Source: Podarcis pityusensis (taxonomy: Eukaryota). Taken from it: a DNA stretch of 64,000 nucleotides. Shown piece after piece: positions 63,870-64,000 of this stretch. The position numbers and the translations under genes were made by a program. Under the pieces are notes generated by a model, which saw only the letters and a program-made list of their open reading frames with translations, was not told where the DNA came from and did not search any database. The stretch lies in the NCBI GenBank assembly GCA_964106645.2, contig OZ067040.1. The stretch is one strand, 5' to 3'. Position 1 is the first letter of the stretch. Every line of letters starts with the position of its first letter.

Positions 63870-64000
63870 AAATATTTATTTCTTACAAATGCAGAACAGG
63901 TATTATGTGGTAACTGTAACAGCGCCAGTTCTGCGAATCGAAGTGGTGAAATGGGCATATATGGGGTATGGTGATCTTGCAGGTGAAATGGCGCCGGGTT

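Larger units (their letters stand above)
63035..64000 (-). mobile_element. L2-like LINE 3' end interrupted by a MITE
   Basis: Minus-strand translation IRNSLPIYFRQAPSLYVFQSLLKTLF resembles the L2 C-terminal WNSLP...FK..LKT.LF pattern. Confidence 0.7.

Overview
Vertebrate nuclear DNA from a squamate reptile, probably a lacertid-type lizard (inferred from Sauria SINEs and the L1/CR1/L2/BovB repeat set). The only host gene is the 5' half of LCLAT1 (lysocardiolipin acyltransferase 1) on the + strand. It has a CpG-island promoter and non-coding exon 1 at about 17.2-17.5 kb and three coding exons (45497-45661, 50651-50849, 59648-59794) carrying the NHxxxxD and FPEGTD acyltransferase motifs; the gene continues past the window. 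The rest is intergenic or intronic and rich in transposons, and most ORF-track entries are noise. Most notable: (1) two different, complete, TSD-flanked, poly(A)-tailed L1-dependent elements lacking endonuclease/RT, one 2.2 kb with an intact 211-aa ORF plus an ORF2 C-terminal vestige, one 1.15 kb with CTCF and YY1 motifs at its 5' end; (2) a strong-Kozak 27-aa uORF in LCLAT1 exon 1; (3) a 45-bp-arm near-perfect hairpin 1.5 kb upstream of the promoter; (4) a Tc1/mariner-type MITE family whose copies share termini but have unrelated cores. Repeat family names come from motif recognition, not database searches.
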